Of a stretch of DNA of 32,000 bases, positions 29,683 to 32,000 are shown one piece after another (positions within the stretch are counted from its first letter, which is position 1; every line of letters starts with the position of its first letter). Under the pieces are notes generated by a model. That model saw nothing but the letters and a program-made list of their open reading frames with translations, ran no database searches and was not told the DNA's origin. A program made the position numbers and the translations under genes. The stretch spans positions 401,865-433,864 of the forward strand of contig NC_001263.1 in NCBI RefSeq assembly GCF_000008565.1. The letters are read 5' to 3'. Source of the DNA: Deinococcus radiodurans R1 = ATCC 13939 = DSM 20539. GTDB taxonomy: Bacteria > Deinococcota > Deinococci > Deinococcales > Deinococcaceae.

Positions 29683-30512
29683 TGCCGGATTTTCTGGCCG
29701 AGCTGCGCCGCGCCGGGTACGCGGGTGAGGTGGGGCTGCTCGTCACCGATTTTGCAGGCCGCGAATTGTACGCCCAAGCCGCCGACGCGGTATTTCCCGC
29801 TGCCAGCACCATCAAAGTGCCGCTGCTGCTGTTCGCGCTCGAACAGGCTGGGCGCGGCGACCTCGACCTGATCGAGCGGGTGACCCTGCGCGCCGAAGAC
29901 CGGGTGCCGGGCGCGGGGGTGCTGCACGAGCTGGGGCTGGGGCTGGCGCTGACCTGGCAGGACGTGCTGACCTTGATGATCGTGGTGAGCGACAATACCG
30001 CGACCAACCTGCTGATCGAGCGGCTCGGTCAGGATCACTTCAACCTTTGGCTGACGGCACGCGGCCTGAACAGCACCCGGCTGATCGGCCCGTTGCAACT
30101 CCCCCCCGAGCGCCAGAACGAGGCCCAGCGCCGGGGTGAGCGCAACCGCACGACGGCGCGGGATCAGGTGGCGCTGCTGCTGTCCCTGCTGCGCGGCGAT
30201 GGGCTGACGCCCCAGATGCAACACCTCGCTCTCGACATCCTGAGCCGCCAGCACCTGCGCGACCTCATCGGGCGGGGTGTTCCCGCCGGGCCGGACGGCG
30301 AGCCGCTCTACCGGGTGGCCTCCAAATCGGGCGAACTGCGCGGCGTTCACCACGATGTCGGTCTGCTCTGGGCCCCGCGCCCGCTGGTCGTCGCTTTGCT
30401 CTCGCAGGGTGGGGAAGACCCGCGCGAGCATCCGGGCAACCGCGACGTGACCCGGCTCTCGGCGGCGCTCTGGCCGCTGCTGGCCGAGCTGGGTGAAACC
30501 GAGACGCCCTGA
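29682..30512 (+). CDS. Class A beta-lactamase-like serine hydrolase, no signal peptide
   Basis: ASTIKV (SxxK), VSDNTA (SDN) and SKSGEL (KSG in place of KTG) occur in the right order and spacing. The N-terminus [16 protein letters not shown] is not a signal peptide. Confidence 0.75.
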   Translation: MPDFLAELRRAGYAGEVGLLVTDFAGRELYAQAADAVFPAASTIKVPLLLFALEQAGRGDLDLIERVTLRAEDRVPGAGVLHELGLGLALTWQDVLTLMIVVSDNTATNLLIERLGQDHFNLWLTARGLNSTRLIGPLQLPPERQNEAQRRGERNRTTARDQVALLLSLLRGDGLTPQMQHLALDILSRQHLRDLIGRGVPAGPDGEPLYRVASKSGELRGVHHDVGLLWAPRPLVVALLSQGGEDPREHPGNRDVTRLSAALWPLLAELGETETP

Positions 30513-30743
30513 GAACACGGCCCAGGCAACACTTTTCTCACATTGGGGGACATTTAACCGCGCGGTCAGGCCCAAGATGATGCTTGCCGAAGTGTCGCTG
30601 CTGTAAGCATAGAAATGCCGCTGGGAGCGCGTTTGGCGCGTGCTATGCTGGCTTTCAGACTTCAGGCCGGAGGGAAAAAGCAGCGCAACTCAGCGGAGTC
30701 GAGCGGGCAGGAACTGAGGCCACTTCACGAGGGAGAAGGAAAA

Positions 30744-31622
30744 GTGGAAAGAAACGATGCGGTAATGCCAGGAGTCGCCATCTTCTGCGCGGCGGTGATG
30801 TGGATCGTCCTGCTCTTCCTTTTCAATAAGGAAACGGCGCCCAAGCCTGTGGTCGTGGACCCGGCGGTGGCCGCGAGCATCAGCAAGGACTACCCCACCA
30901 TCGGCAAGCAGATTTTCACCCAGGGCGCGAGCGGCGGCCCGGCCTGTCAGGGCTGCCACGGCGCCAATGGTGAGGGCGGCGTCGGCCCCAAGCTCGCGGG
31001 CGACGCGAAGATTCTCAAAGACCCGGTGTACGTGCACACCATCCTGGTCAACGGCAAGGGCGGGATGCCTGCTTACGGCGACAAGCTCGACGACAAGCAG
31101 CTCTACGCGGTGGCCAACTACGTCTTGCACAGCTGGGGCAACAACATCGAGGAGCCCCTGACCCCCGCCAAGGTGGCCGAGGGCCAGAGCAAGGTGGACC
31201 CGGCGGTCCTCAAAAACCGCTCGCGCTTCGTGCCTGAAGACCTCAAGCTGCCCGAAATCTGGCTGACGACCTTCATCATCGTGCTGCTGACCTACGGGAT
31301 CATCGGGCTCTACAGCCACTGGGCCGAAGGCGAAGAGCTGCGTCCCGGGATTCACAAGGTTCGCTCGACGCCGGTCGCCATGCTGGGGATGGTGCTGAGC
31401 CTCCTCTCGACCCTGCTGTTCAGCGTGCTGTTCATCCGTCAGATGAACATCGATTATGCGGGCTGGGCCGCCAAGGAGCAGGTCATGCCCGACGTGACCC
31501 ACGAAGGCTTCTACGCGGCGATGATCGTGCTGAGCCTCGCGGCCTCGCTGGCGCTCTACAAGAAGTTCTTCATGGACGGCGAAGTGCTGGTCGAAGACGC
31601 TTCGGGCGAGTTCCCCTGGTAA
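30744..31622 (+). CDS. Cytochrome c subunit of a bc-type menaquinol oxidoreductase, with three additional C-terminal TM helices
   Basis: N-terminal TM helix, then CQGCHG ... GGMPAYG (heme c site and Met ligand), then helices [40 protein letters not shown] and [20 protein letters not shown] 30744 has GGGAG 8 nt upstream; ATG 30765 is the alternative start. A Rieske gene follows. Confidence 0.7.
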   Translation: MERNDAVMPGVAIFCAAVMWIVLLFLFNKETAPKPVVVDPAVAASISKDYPTIGKQIFTQGASGGPACQGCHGANGEGGVGPKLAGDAKILKDPVYVHTILVNGKGGMPAYGDKLDDKQLYAVANYVLHSWGNNIEEPLTPAKVAEGQSKVDPAVLKNRSRFVPEDLKLPEIWLTTFIIVLLTYGIIGLYSHWAEGEELRPGIHKVRSTPVAMLGMVLSLLSTLLFSVLFIRQMNIDYAGWAAKEQVMPDVTHEGFYAAMIVLSLAASLALYKKFFMDGEVLVEDASGEFPW

Positions 31623-31660
31623 GCCGCACTGCGCCCCTATCCCCTGGAGAGGTTTGATTC

Positions 31661-32000
31661 ATGACCCGTTACAAGAAAGAAGATCCAGAAATCACGCGCC
31701 GCCGCTTTATCAACACGGCGCTCGGCGCACGGCAGCCGTCGGCGGCGTCAGCTGCTCAGCACCCTGGGCGGCGCCAACCCCGTCTTCCGTCTGACCCCCG
31801 CCAAGGCGCCGCCTATGAAGGGCGACATCCTGGTGCACGCGGAAGGCCCCAACAGTGGTCAGCCCGTGACCGTGGCCGACCTCAGCGACAAGATCACCCG
31901 CGCCTGGCCCCAGGGCAAAGACCCCAAGACCGGCGACATGGTGACGCGAAACGGCGACCCGACCAGCATCCTGGCGATCTACAAGTTCCCCAAGGGCCAG
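31661..32000 (+). pseudogene. Rieske iron-sulfur subunit (Tat signal), 5' part only, reading frame broken twice near 31727-31752
   Basis: GGAGAGG Shine-Dalgarno, then ATG 31661: MTRYKKEDPEITRRRFINTALGA (twin-arginine motif). Sensible translation then needs two successive -1 shifts: TAAVGGVS, then LLSTLGGANPVFRLTPAKAPPMKGDILVHAEGPNSGQPVTVADL... Confidence 0.6.

Noticed and set aside
30513-30743. 230-bp intergenic region before the bc-type operon as a possible sRNA or riboswitch
   Set aside because: I found only candidate promoter hexamers (TTGGCG, 17 nt, CAGACT at 30633-30661; TATGCT at 30644-30649). I could not identify by eye a convincing conserved structure, terminator or known riboswitch core.

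Overview
High-GC (about two thirds G+C) bacterial chromosomal window with dense coding on both strands. Gene content and order look like Deinococcus radiodurans chromosome 1, roughly the DR_0400 to DR_0435 neighbourhood. That assignment rests on memory of ddrA = DR_0423 and mazEF = DR_0416/0417 and is not verified by any search. Left to right: ftsK (3' end off-window, split by a frameshift), a JAMM/MPN+ protease, a nucleoside hydrolase, a secreted GH13 pullulanase with two CBM41-like repeats, ccmAB, a stand-alone receiver protein, a DinB-family protein, a small pyrophosphatase-like protein, an SDR, a thioredoxin-reductase-like flavoprotein, a frameshifted HAD hydrolase and a secreted carboxylesterase. 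Next comes a lower-GC islet with mazEF and vapBC in tandem, abutting hrpB. Then: a tiny hydrophilic low-complexity protein, tam, ddrA with an RDRM-like operator, hisB, an unknown secreted protein, hisH, rplY (L25/Ctc), an alkyltransferase-like protein, a tethered cytochrome c, rtcB, a SAM methyltransferase, a NarL-type regulator operon with a cytoplasmic class A beta-lactamase homologue, and the start of a cytochrome bc-type operon (cytochrome c subunit, then a frameshifted Rieske gene running off-window). Non-coding content: two families of structured small repeats (two copies each, resembling Deinococcus SNR elements), several rho-independent terminators, and many -10 boxes 5-8 nt from the ATG, which implies leaderless mRNAs. 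No rRNA, tRNA, CRISPR, IS element or prophage was seen. Most interesting: an unlisted 59-codon ORF translationally coupled to ddrA; base-pair covariation between repeat copies; five reading-frame disruptions in four genes; and the mazEF-vapBC-hrpB arrangement.
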